Assembly: GCA_043826355.1 (NCBI GenBank)
Contig: JBDRQI010000030.1
Location: 32,001 to 96,000, forward strand
From: Candidatus Omnitrophota bacterium
GTDB lineage: Bacteria; Ratteibacteria; UBA8468; MWAK01
Length of the DNA: 64,000 nucleotides
Reading direction: 5' to 3'
Shown: piece by piece, positions 47,926-56,819 of the stretch
How positions within the stretch are numbered: the first letter of the stretch is position 1
Layout: every line of letters begins with the position of its first letter
Notes under the pieces: model-generated
What the model saw: only the letters and a program-made list of their open reading frames with translations
Databases searched by the model: none
Told to the model about the DNA's origin: nothing
Program-made: the position numbers and the translations under genes

Positions 47926-50031
47926 ATGAATCTTAGTACGAAGAATGAATGGCTGTGGAATTCGCGGTGGACTCACTGGTGGCTTAAAACTATCGGACCA
48001 GGGACGGAAAACGAAACATGCATGGAGCCCACCTTTTCGGGGGCTGTTGATGACGATGAAGTGTTGCGGCGTGTAAAAGCGCTCAAGCGGGCTAATATCA
48101 ACGCGGTATTAACCGAGGGCCTTCGCGGCATAATCCGGTTTGAACATGACGGTAAGACCGATGCGGTGATTGAATCTATCGGCAAGGCAACGCAGGCGTG
48201 TCACCGCGCAGGAATCAAGGTTATTCATCATACAACCACGGTCTTTGCCGGCCATAACCTGAGCGAGTTTCCCGCCGTTTACCGGGAATGGCTGAATATT
48301 GACGCCCAGACCGGAACATATGCATATAGCAGATGGTGCGACGTGTATTTATGGTGCATCAATAATCCGGATTTTCGCGCCGAGTATTTTCGTCTTTCCG
48401 AAAAAGTCCTCCGGGAAACGGGCGCGGACGGTTTTATGACGGATGAAGTCTATTTCCGCACCGGTTGGCATAACTGCGCGTGCCCGCATTGCCGGGAAAA
48501 ATTCCGTAAAAAAACGGGGTTTGTTTTGCCTTCCGGAGACGCGGCTTATTTCTGGGGGTGTTTTGACAATCCCGCCTTCCGGGCCTGGATTCGGTTCCGG
48601 GCCGCTTCGGTCGGTGATTTTTACCAGGATTTGTATACGGCGCTCAGAAAAGCGCATTCCCATCCGGTATTGCTGGGGTGCAAGAACAGTGCGGAAGACC
48701 CGTGCCATGTTCCGTTATTCGGCGACAGCAATGAGGAACGGATGCGGGGGGTTAATCTGCTGTTTGCGGAATTATGCAGCGACACGACGTCAATTTTATA
48801 CAGTTGGCGCCGGTTATCGGTCTGTTATATGGCTTATGACGGACTGAGTAATTATTACGGAACGCCGACAATGGCGATTATGTACGCTGCGCCCCAGGAA
48901 GGATTTATCAGTTGGGCCATTATGGCTGCCCACGGTATTCGCGTGTGGGCGACTTCCGGTGGGCTTTCTCGCAGCCAACAATTGCTGACCGCCCCGAAGG
49001 ATATGACGTTGTTTACGGAATTATTCGGCTGGGAGGAAAAACATAAGGAAGAATTGACGGGCGCGGTCCGGCCGCTGGCTGATATCGGGGTTCTGTTTTC
49101 CGCGTCAACGCGGGATATGGCGCTGTCGCATATGGGCCCCTGCGGGGAAGCCTGGTATCCTTATGTCAGGGAATGGGCGGGCTGGTGTGAAACGTTGACC
49201 GATGAATATATTCAGTATGCGATGATAGTTGAACCGGAATTGACATTCGCCTGTTTACGGCAATATGCGTTAATTATTCTCCCGGATACAACCTGCATGA
49301 GCGACGCGGCCTGCCAGGCCGTTGTTGAATATGTGGCCCATGGCGGAAATTTGATTTTTACGCATACAGCGGGGACGTGCGATGAAACCGGTTCGCAAAG
49401 TTTAATGCCGGAGCACCGATTGGGAAAATTGGGGATTAACGCAAAATCCGAGAGTTGGAGTTCTTATTCCTCCGAACAACAGTCTATCCGGTTTGGAAAT
49501 CATGCCCTCGGGAAATGGGCATATTTCACGCATCAGCCCGGCCGGATGGTATATGCTGAGGCCAATGCCCTCGGGACACCAAGACTCAGGAATGCGCTAA
49601 CCGCTCCGGTTGTTTCCGAAGAAGACCGGCAACTTCAGAAATCCCTGATGATAAATGCGGTTAGGTGGACGACCGGAAACAAACGGTCGTTAACCGTGAA
49701 ACAGGCTCCGGAAGGGTTGTTGATCAAGGCTTTTCATCAACAAAACAAAAAGCGCCGCGCGGTGGTCATTCATCTGCTCAATTGTCGCGGCGATGAATCG
49801 GTGGAATTCGGCGACTTCATTTCTGAGAAAAAACCGGTTGAATTTCCATCCCCGGAAAATGATATCATCCTGGAACTGCGTCTTGATTCAATACAACAAG
49901 CCTATTTGATCTCTCCGGATTGGCCGGGGAGAAAGCCGGTAAAATTTAACCGGATTGACGGTGTATTTTACTTAACAATTCCCGCCCACTCGTTGAAACG
50001 CTACGAAGTGCTTTATATAGTAAACGCATAA
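47926..50031 (+). CDS. Glycoside-hydrolase-like protein (TIM barrel plus GH42-type trimerisation domain)
   Basis: C.NNP.FR, DG...DE, CACPHC, W..FR, Y..IILP..CMSD..YV..GG.L; ATG after AGGAGG. Confidence 0.65.
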   Translation: MNLSTKNEWLWNSRWTHWWLKTIGPGTENETCMEPTFSGAVDDDEVLRRVKALKRANINAVLTEGLRGIIRFEHDGKTDAVIESIGKATQACHRAGIKVIHHTTTVFAGHNLSEFPAVYREWLNIDAQTGTYAYSRWCDVYLWCINNPDFRAEYFRLSEKVLRETGADGFMTDEVYFRTGWHNCACPHCREKFRKKTGFVLPSGDAAYFWGCFDNPAFRAWIRFRAASVGDFYQDLYTALRKAHSHPVLLGCKNSAEDPCHVPLFGDSNEERMRGVNLLFAELCSDTTSILYSWRRLSVCYMAYDGLSNYYGTPTMAIMYAAPQEGFISWAIMAAHGIRVWATSGGLSRSQQLLTAPKDMTLFTELFGWEEKHKEELTGAVRPLADIGVLFSASTRDMALSHMGPCGEAWYPYVREWAGWCETLTDEYIQYAMIVEPELTFACLRQYALIILPDTTCMSDAACQAVVEYVAHGGNLIFTHTAGTCDETGSQSLMPEHRLGKLGINAKSESWSSYSSEQQSIRFGNHALGKWAYFTHQPGRMVYAEANALGTPRLRNALTAPVVSEEDRQLQKSLMINAVRWTTGNKRSLTVKQAPEGLLIKAFHQQNKKRRAVVIHLLNCRGDESVEFGDFISEKKPVEFPSPENDIILELRLDSIQQAYLISPDWPGRKPVKFNRIDGVFYLTIPAHSLKRYEVLYIVNA

Positions 50032-50199
50032 AAATGTTATCGGCGCATGGAAATTTTATTATCGGAAAAACAAATATTTTAAGCGGAGAATCGGGATACT
50101 GTCCGAAGACAATTACGTAAACAAAGTAATTGTCCGCAAAATTTAAAATTTAGCTGAAAAGCGCAACGGTAGTTTGAGAAAACGGATATATACAGAAGT

Positions 50200-50228
50200 T
50201 TGTTAAAAAAATTGTCGTAGAGTAAAAT
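50200..50228 (+). promoter_or_regulatory. Sigma70 promoter of tRNA-Leu
   Basis: TTGTTA-17-TAAAAT. Confidence 0.6.
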
Positions 50229-50237
50229 AGAGGAAAG

Positions 50238-50320
50238 GCCGAAGTGGTGGAACGGCAGACGCGCTAGCTTCAGGAGCTAGTGGGATCACTCCCGTGGGGG
50301 TTCGAATCCCCCCTTCGGCA
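50238..50320 (+). tRNA. tRNA-Leu(CAG), CCA not encoded
   Basis: GCCGAAG..CTAGC-TTCAGGA-GCTAG, long variable arm, GGTTCGAATCC, CTTCGGCA. Confidence 0.95.
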
Positions 50321-50481
50321 CGAAAGCATAACATGTAGGATGGGGGGATTCGAACCTTGAAACTTCAAGGAAAGGGTTGCTCACCTGCTCGCAACCCGAC
50401 GCAAACTGAGCTCCTTACTCGTCGCTCAGCGTCTCCCCTTCGGCACGAAAGCATAACATGTAGGATGGGGGGATTCGAACC
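50310..50481. repeat. 47-bp perfect direct repeat including the tRNA-Leu 3' end
   Basis: 50310-50356 equals 50435-50481. Confidence 0.9.
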
Positions 50482-50499
50482 CCAAAAGTTAAAAATTTA

Positions 50500-51495
50500 A
50501 TGATTAAATGGTTTGATTTCCCGGATGTGCGCTTTATTGTTAACGGTCTTGCCTGGTTTGAGGAAGAAAAACCTTCAGTCCGCAGGTTGCCTGTCCGGCT
50601 TAAGGGAACTTTTCGGGAATCGCTTTGGGACCTTGCTCAAAATCCAGCCGGCGGCCGGATTCGCTTCCGAACTAATGCCTTGAAAATCGGCATTAAAACG
50701 CTGTCTCCGGATAATGCGGTGATGCACCATATAACCTTAATTGGAACGGCCGGTTTTGATATTTATGCAGATGACACTTATTTTGGCAGTACCTGGCCAG
50801 GCAGCGCTGGAAAAAACGAGACTGAATGGATAGTTGGCAACAAACGCAAAATGCGCGATATTACCATTCATTTGCCTATTTATAAAAACGTTGAAATCAA
50901 ACAAATAGGCGTGGAAAAAGATGCAACCATAAAATCTCCCACACCATTTGCAATCAAGAAGCCGGTTGTTTTTTACGGCACCAGCATAACTCAGGGTGGT
51001 TGTGCCTCCAACCCCGGAGGTTCCTACCAGGCATTCCTTTCCCGTTCGTTGAACCTTGATTTTATTAATCTTGGTTTTTCCAGTAACGGAATGGGCGAAC
51101 CGGAAATGGCTCACGCTATCTGCGAGATTGACTCTTCTTTCATAATATTAGATCACTGGGCGAACATCAGGCTTGGCTTGAAGGAAAACCTGCCGGTTTT
51201 TACGGGAGTCATCCGCAAAAAGTTCCCCAAAACGCCGATAGCCGTCGTAAGTCCCTTCTTCTATTCTTCAGTTCCCGCTGAGCGGGAGAATTCCCGGATT
51301 CGAAAAGATGCGGAGGAATTCGTCAGGCAAAGGCGGAGGGAAGGTGACTGCAATATCCATTTGATTGACGGTTTGAAACTGCTTTCGCAAAAAGAAAGTT
51401 ACGGTCTGGTGGACGGAGTTCACTGTAACACCCTCGGTTTCTATTTTATCGCAAGAGGTATGGAGCCGTATTTCAAAAAAATTCTGAGTTTGTGA
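50500..51495 (+). CDS. SGNH/GDSL hydrolase with GxDLY-type N-terminal domain
   Basis: GFDIY, YGTSITQG, NLGFS, DGVH. Confidence 0.88.
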   Translation: MIKWFDFPDVRFIVNGLAWFEEEKPSVRRLPVRLKGTFRESLWDLAQNPAGGRIRFRTNALKIGIKTLSPDNAVMHHITLIGTAGFDIYADDTYFGSTWPGSAGKNETEWIVGNKRKMRDITIHLPIYKNVEIKQIGVEKDATIKSPTPFAIKKPVVFYGTSITQGGCASNPGGSYQAFLSRSLNLDFINLGFSSNGMGEPEMAHAICEIDSSFIILDHWANIRLGLKENLPVFTGVIRKKFPKTPIAVVSPFFYSSVPAERENSRIRKDAEEFVRQRRREGDCNIHLIDGLKLLSQKESYGLVDGVHCNTLGFYFIARGMEPYFKKILSL

Positions 51496-51566
51496 AGAAC
51501 GTTTTTGCGTAAGGTAAAATGTGGGCAGGGATTTTAATGTGGAATAATTATCGGGAAGGATAATCT

Positions 51567-52004
51567 ATGAAGAAAAATACGCAAAAAACGGGTTTTACGC
51601 TATTGGAATTGATGGTAGTGTTAATTATCCTCTCTCTTCTGGCAATGCTTGCTTTGCCACGGTTCTTTGGGCGGGTGGACGATGCCAGAGTAACCACTGC
51701 CCGGGTACAGATTCAGAACCTGGAGACCGCTCTCCGGCTTTTTTATCTTGACACCGGATTTTATCCCACCACGGAACAGGGTTTAAAGGCACTGGTGGAA
51801 AAACCAGGTAATACGAGAAACTGGCGCGAGGGCGGCTATATGGAAAAAGGGGTAATACCCAAAGACCCTTGGGGCAATGATTATGATTATCGTGCCCCGG
51901 GTGAGGCCGGCCGCGAATATGAAATATTATCTTTAGGCCGGGACGGAAAAGAAGGCGGTAGCGGAATAGATGCTGATATCAAAAATTGGGAAACAGAGCA
52001 GTAG
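51567..52004 (+). CDS. gspG: Type II secretion major pseudopilin
   Basis: GFTLLELMVV, YPTTEQGL.AL, DPWG..Y.Y, S.G.DG..GG. Confidence 0.96.
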   Translation: MKKNTQKTGFTLLELMVVLIILSLLAMLALPRFFGRVDDARVTTARVQIQNLETALRLFYLDTGFYPTTEQGLKALVEKPGNTRNWREGGYMEKGVIPKDPWGNDYDYRAPGEAGREYEILSLGRDGKEGGSGIDADIKNWETEQ

Positions 52005-52320
52005 TTATAAGCAAGGCTTTACGCTGGTGGAGGTTGTGGTGGCGCTTGCCATAGTTGCCGCCAGCCTCCTGCTTCTTTTAACTGCCATCCGCCAGGGATT
52101 AAGCCGTCTGGAAGCTTGTCGTTCCGAGTTTCAGTCCTGTCTTTCAATGCAGACGGTTGTCAGCGCTTTTTCCGGCGGTATCAGCCCGCCCTCAAATGAT
52201 AATAGTTGGTTTGTCGAAGAATCTGAACCCCGGCCAGGTCTGAAGATAGTCCGGCTGCAGCGGGGGCGCGGAGAGGGTACCAGGGTATGGGTAAGCAAAA
52301 AAGAACCGGTGGCGGAATAG
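51970..52320 (+). CDS. gspI: Minor pseudopilin, GspI-like
   Basis: GFTLVEVVVALAI; size and position. Confidence 0.7.
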   Translation: MLISKIGKQSSSYKQGFTLVEVVVALAIVAASLLLLLTAIRQGLSRLEACRSEFQSCLSMQTVVSAFSGGISPPSNDNSWFVEESEPRPGLKIVRLQRGRGEGTRVWVSKKEPVAE

Positions 52321-52958
52321 GGCGAACCTTCTGTGGATTTATCCCGCATGGGCGGCTTATGCCTTCTGCGGGGCTTGTCCATCGGAGCTTCAGCGCAGGC
52401 GGATTTACGTTAATCGAGGTTCTCCTCTCCCTTTTCCTGGCAGCACTTATTTCCGGGATACTCTTCGCCAGCTTCTTTTTACCCTTGCGCGCTGTCAGCG
52501 CCGCCAAGGTAGAGTTGGTTAAGGTTGAGGAAGTTGCGGTCTTTCTTACCCGGTTTTCCGAAGAGATATCGGCCGCTTATCCGGAAGCGGCAAGTTTTTT
52601 CGGCACCCGGGATTCTATTTTTTTTCTCTCTTCCGCCGGTACCAACTTGGGTTTGGAGAAGATTGGTTACACGGTGAAGAATAGTGATTTTGCTGAAACA
52701 GTAACAATCTACCGCAAGGCGGGATTTCCTTACCGGACGGACGGGAACGAACAACCTGTTTTACAGGCCGAAAATATGGTCTTCAACTATTATGACGGCA
52801 CAGAATGGTCTGAGGAATGGAACGAAAAAGGCCTTCCCTTGCTGGTTGAAGTCAATCTTTACCGCAAAGGGAAATCCTTCCGGGTCTTTTGCGGCCCGAG
52901 GACAGATACTGATTCTGACGCTGATACTGATAGCGATACTGGCGTTGGCCGCGGTTGA
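52287..52958 (+). CDS. gspJ: Minor pseudopilin, GspJ-like, with long leader
   Basis: GFTLIEVLL; YYDG..W...W....LP..VEV. Confidence 0.78.
   Translation: MGKQKRTGGGIGRTFCGFIPHGRLMPSAGLVHRSFSAGGFTLIEVLLSLFLAALISGILFASFFLPLRAVSAAKVELVKVEEVAVFLTRFSEEISAAYPEAASFFGTRDSIFFLSSAGTNLGLEKIGYTVKNSDFAETVTIYRKAGFPYRTDGNEQPVLQAENMVFNYYDGTEWSEEWNEKGLPLLVEVNLYRKGKSFRVFCGPRTDTDSDADTDSDTGVGRG
52335..52407. mobile_element. 66-bp in-frame insertion flanked by GGATTTA direct repeats at the prepilin G|F site
   Basis: GGATTTA at 52335-52341 and 52401-52407; internal CCCGCA..TGCGGG hairpin and a copy of the 9620 repeat. Confidence 0.6.
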
Positions 52959-53919
52959 ACTCTTGGTTTTTCTTAAGCCCAGACTGGAACTCTCCCATCA
53001 ACTACTTCGGAGAACGGCTTTGGGGAGTGCGGCGGCTACCGGAATCGACTATGCTGCTACGGTGCTGACGGAAGACCTGATTAACAATAGCGGGATTGAT
53101 TCGTTGGAGGAGGCCTGGGCTCGGGAAATCGTTTATCGGCTGGACGGTATTTCGGTGACCGTGAATATTGAAGACGAAGAGCGTAAATTTCCGATTGATT
53201 ACCTGGTTGCGTCAACCGTTTCGGATACCGGAGCGCCGGTCAGACTTCGCCCAGGCGAGATTGATGAAATAAAAGAAAAAACTTTTGCAGATACCGGGAA
53301 GGTTGAGTTAAAGATAAACGAAACCAGTCTGGCGGCCTTCCAGGAACTGCTTGCAAAATTAAAAATTCCGCCTGGCTGGGCAAAAGAAGCCGTTGACTCC
53401 CTGGCCGACTGGATTGATGCCGATGACCAGCCACGCTCTTTCGGCGCCGAGGAAGAATATTACGGAATTTTTGGTTATCGGTCGCGTAATGGTTTACCCC
53501 GGACTTTGGGGGAACTTAGAGATGTCAAGGGTTTTCGGCCGGAGGTCACGGAGGTTATTTTTCCGTTCCTGTCGCCTTTTTCCCGGCAGGTTAACCTGAA
53601 TACTGCTTCGGCGGAGGTGCTGGAATCAATCTTTGATTCCGATGAAAGTCTGCCGGTCTATTTCTTAATACAGGGCCGGCCTTTTGAGTCGGTTGCGGAC
53701 GGTTTGAAACTTGCTCAAATCGGCCCGAAGATTTATAATCAATTGGAACAACGGCTTACGGTGACCAGTTCTTTTTTTTCGGTCTGGTCAACCGCGGTTG
53801 ATGAATCCGGCCGCCGGGAATCGGTTTACGCTATTTTACAAAGAGATGAAAAAAAGAGCAGGATTATTTACTGGAATCAAATTTCTTCCGGCAGCCAGCC
53901 TTTACCTGGGAGAAAATGA
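52792..53919 (+). CDS. gspK: Type II secretion protein GspK
   Basis: RG.IL..L TM, DSL.E.W, IEDE..K, DWIDAD, GAE..YY, EL..VKG, VNLNTA; start uncertain (alternative TTG 52846). Confidence 0.88.
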   Translation: MTAQNGLRNGTKKAFPCWLKSIFTAKGNPSGSFAARGQILILTLILIAILALAAVELLVFLKPRLELSHQLLRRTALGSAAATGIDYAATVLTEDLINNSGIDSLEEAWAREIVYRLDGISVTVNIEDEERKFPIDYLVASTVSDTGAPVRLRPGEIDEIKEKTFADTGKVELKINETSLAAFQELLAKLKIPPGWAKEAVDSLADWIDADDQPRSFGAEEEYYGIFGYRSRNGLPRTLGELRDVKGFRPEVTEVIFPFLSPFSRQVNLNTASAEVLESIFDSDESLPVYFLIQGRPFESVADGLKLAQIGPKIYNQLEQRLTVTSSFFSVWSTAVDESGRRESVYAILQRDEKKSRIIYWNQISSGSQPLPGRK

Positions 53920-55084
53920 GGCCTCGCTTTCTATTTTGACCCGCAAGGGGTTTTTTTCAAGAGAGGAAGCCAGGCAGGAGTTTCAAGCGGAAACCCTCCG
54001 GGAGATGCTGGAACAGGCCGCAGCTTTTCTCCGGACCAACCCCCCGGCTAAATTGACCGTTGTTTTAAGCCATTCTTTTTTTCTGGAAAGAACTGTTTTT
54101 CTGCCTTTCCGGCGCCGGAAAGCGGTTTCCCTGGTCCTGTCGGGAGAACTCGCCCCCCTGTTGTCGTCTTCTCTTTCGGAATATTTTTATGATTTTGTGG
54201 TGCCGGAAGCCGAGCACCTGCCGGTTACCGTTTTTCTCCTGCCGGCAGCAGTCCACCAGTCCATCAGCGAAGCTTTTTCGGGTATTCCGGTTTGGATTGT
54301 GCCGTTAGGCCTTGTTTTGAGCCGGCATCCGGCAGTTACCCGTTCGAAAAATGCCTTGCTTTTGGTATCCGGTAAAACTCAGGCCCGGCTGTTCTTTTTC
54401 CAAAAAGGAAAGTATATCCTGGGCCGCAGTTTTAATTTCGGTGAATCCGATTACCGGAAACGCCTTGCGGAAGAGAAGGGGTTTCTGCTTCATTCCAGCC
54501 GTTTTCCGGAGATGGAGCCGGAACCGGTTACCCCGGACGAAAGGCTTGTTTTTGGCCTTTCGTTGCGGCCGCAGGATTTTGCGTTGAAAAAGGGCGGCCA
54601 GATATCCCGAGCGAAGAATATTTCTCTTTCATATCTTACGGTTGGCGGGCTTGTCATACTCTGGCTTCTTTTTTTCGCTTCTTTGAGGGCAAAGAACACC
54701 GCATTTCTTTCTTACCGGCAGGTCAGCGGTGAGCTGGCGCAGCAGAAAGAGGCGGCGCAGGTAGGGGGTGCTTCCCTGGCGTCTATCCTTTCGGATAAGA
54801 ACGTCACCCTCCTTCTTCAGGATGAGCTTTCACCCCTGGAAACGTTCAGCCGTTTTAACGAGGCGCTTCCGAATGACCTTCCTCTGATGCTGGACTATCT
54901 TCAGATGGACCGCCAGAAACTGATCTTAAACGGTACGCTCGGTGCTCCGGCCCAGGTGGATATGCTGGTGAATAAACTGACCGCATCCGGCTGGTTTAAA
55001 GAGGTTGTGTTGGGAGAACTGAGGATTGAAGGCGGAAGCGTAAAGTTCCCCCTGACCGCAAAGATTGCCATTGTTCAAAAATAA
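53798..55084 (+). CDS. gspL: GspL/PilM-PilN-like inner-membrane platform protein
   Basis: R.V.LPF cytoplasmic domain, TM, PilN-like C-terminus; position. Confidence 0.65.
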   Translation: MMNPAAGNRFTLFYKEMKKRAGLFTGIKFLPAASLYLGENEASLSILTRKGFFSREEARQEFQAETLREMLEQAAAFLRTNPPAKLTVVLSHSFFLERTVFLPFRRRKAVSLVLSGELAPLLSSSLSEYFYDFVVPEAEHLPVTVFLLPAAVHQSISEAFSGIPVWIVPLGLVLSRHPAVTRSKNALLLVSGKTQARLFFFQKGKYILGRSFNFGESDYRKRLAEEKGFLLHSSRFPEMEPEPVTPDERLVFGLSLRPQDFALKKGGQISRAKNISLSYLTVGGLVILWLLFFASLRAKNTAFLSYRQVSGELAQQKEAAQVGGASLASILSDKNVTLLLQDELSPLETFSRFNEALPNDLPLMLDYLQMDRQKLILNGTLGAPAQVDMLVNKLTASGWFKEVVLGELRIEGGSVKFPLTAKIAIVQK

Positions 55085-55577
55085 AATGAAGATAGACCGT
55101 AAATTTATGATTCTGGCAGTTGTCGTTCTTTGTCTCTTGGCAATACGTCTGGCGATTATGCCAAATTGGCAGGCGGCCGGGAAACTTAAAAAGGAGACAG
55201 CCGATTTAAATAAATCTTTAAATTCTTTGGCCGCCCTGAACGCTGAATATCTTTCAGCGCGCCGCAGTCTGGAAGCGGCCTTGCGCCGGGACGGTTCCGC
55301 CGGAATTCTTTCGGCGGTTCAGAAGAAGGCGCAGGAGATGGGAATTTCTGAAAAATTAAAAACGGTTACGCCGGTTGTCCGCGATTTAAATACCGCATTT
55401 CAACTGGAGGGTTACGACTTGCGCCTGGAAGAAATTGGCCTGAAAGAGATGATTATTTTTTCGGAATCCATGCAAAAGGAAGAGGGTTTCTATCTGGACC
55501 GGATCGTTCTGGAAAAGAGCAAGGACGAAATGAGTCTTTCCGCCCGTTTGCGCGTTTTGACCATCAGGAAACTGTGA
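55065..55577 (+). CDS. gspM: GspM-like protein
   Basis: N-terminal TM, coiled coil, ferredoxin-like C-terminus; position. Confidence 0.6.
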   Translation: MPLFKNKMKIDRKFMILAVVVLCLLAIRLAIMPNWQAAGKLKKETADLNKSLNSLAALNAEYLSARRSLEAALRRDGSAGILSAVQKKAQEMGISEKLKTVTPVVRDLNTAFQLEGYDLRLEEIGLKEMIIFSESMQKEEGFYLDRIVLEKSKDEMSLSARLRVLTIRKL

Positions 55578-56710
55578 ACCAGCCAAAAAGAAGAAGAATA
55601 TTCATCTGCACCACAGACCACTCCGGAGATTTTCACGGCGCTTTACTTGCTGCGGCGCTGAAGAAGGAGAGCCCGCAGGTTGAACTTTGCGGCGTAGGCG
55701 GCGGATTAATGGCCGGTCAGGGCGTGCGTCTTCTCTTCAACCCGGTCTCCCACGCCGTGGTGGGTTTTTTTGAAATCATGCGCTCCCTTCCGACCTGGCG
55801 GAAATTCCTAGACCGGGCGACTGAGGGTGTGCTTCAAGAGAAGCCGGAGAAGGTCGTCCTGATCGACTCGCCCAGCTTTAACCTCCGCTTGTTGCGTCGG
55901 CTTAAGGATAATAAAAAACAGCGTTTCATCTATTATATCAGCCCGCAGGTCTGGGCCTGGGGCAGCGGCCGGGTTAAAGAAATCGCGGCTTTTTGCGAAC
56001 GGGTTCTGGTTATCTTTCCGTTTGAAGAAGATATTTACCGGAAAGCCGGCGTGCCGGTCTCTTTTGTCGGTCACCCGTTTCTGGATACGGTAAAGCCGCT
56101 CCTTAACCCTTTGGATTCTTTTCGCTTTTTCGGTCTTTTTTCGGATAAACCAGTGCTCCTGCTTCTACCGGGCAGCCGTCTTTCCGAAGTGAGGGCTATC
56201 TTTCCCGCAATGGCGGAGGTGGCACGGCGCCTGGCGCGGGATGGCCCGGTTCAGGCGGTGGTCTATCCGGCCAGCCCTGAAATCAGCCGGGAATTTTCCG
56301 GTTTAAAAGGGATAAAAATTATTACCGGAGGCGATAAGTACAGCCTTTTTTCCATTGCCGCCCTGGCGTTGGCCGCCTCCGGCAGCGTAACGCTGGAGCT
56401 CACCCTGCTTTCCGTGCCTTACGCTCTGCTTTACCGTCTTTCGGCGCTGACCTATTCCATTTTACGGCCAATGGTGCGTGTTCCTTACGCCGGGATTGCC
56501 AACCTGCTGGCCGGGAAGAAGGTGGCGCCGGAATTTATCCAGGCGCATTGCCGGCCGGATCACATCCTGCCGGTTGTCCGGGGATTGCTCCGGGATGAAC
56601 AGAGCCGGAATATAATGAAGGAAGAATTTACGAAAATAAGAAATATGCTGGGACAGCCCGGCGCAGCCGGCCGCGCCGCACACGAAATCCTAAGAAACGT
56701 GTCACCCTGA
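55574..56710 (+). CDS. lpxB: Lipid-A-disaccharide synthase
   Basis: SGD.HG, ID.P.FN, SPQVWAW...R, FVGHP, LPGSR..E, SGSVTLE, PEFIQ. Confidence 0.95.
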   Translation: MNQPKRRRIFICTTDHSGDFHGALLAAALKKESPQVELCGVGGGLMAGQGVRLLFNPVSHAVVGFFEIMRSLPTWRKFLDRATEGVLQEKPEKVVLIDSPSFNLRLLRRLKDNKKQRFIYYISPQVWAWGSGRVKEIAAFCERVLVIFPFEEDIYRKAGVPVSFVGHPFLDTVKPLLNPLDSFRFFGLFSDKPVLLLLPGSRLSEVRAIFPAMAEVARRLARDGPVQAVVYPASPEISREFSGLKGIKIITGGDKYSLFSIAALALAASGSVTLELTLLSVPYALLYRLSALTYSILRPMVRVPYAGIANLLAGKKVAPEFIQAHCRPDHILPVVRGLLRDEQSRNIMKEEFTKIRNMLGQPGAAGRAAHEILRNVSP

Positions 56711-56817
56711 GATGTTAATGATGTCATCCTGGGCGCGACATAACCTGTCATCCTGAGCCGCAGTTGCGAAGGATCTCTCTTTAACAACGGGATTCTTCGC
56801 TTGCGGCTCAGAATGAC
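56701..56817. repeat. GTCATCCTGAG...CTCAGAATGAC element (56747-56817) plus two partial copies
   Basis: A partial copy supplies the lpxB stop. Confidence 0.85.
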
Positions 56818-56819
56818 GT

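Noticed and set aside
50310..50481. CRISPR array
   Set aside because: Only two copies, derived from the tRNA end; no cas genes.
50321..51495. Integrated island or prophage at tRNA-Leu
   Set aside because: No integrase or phage genes; the repeats enclose only 78 bp.
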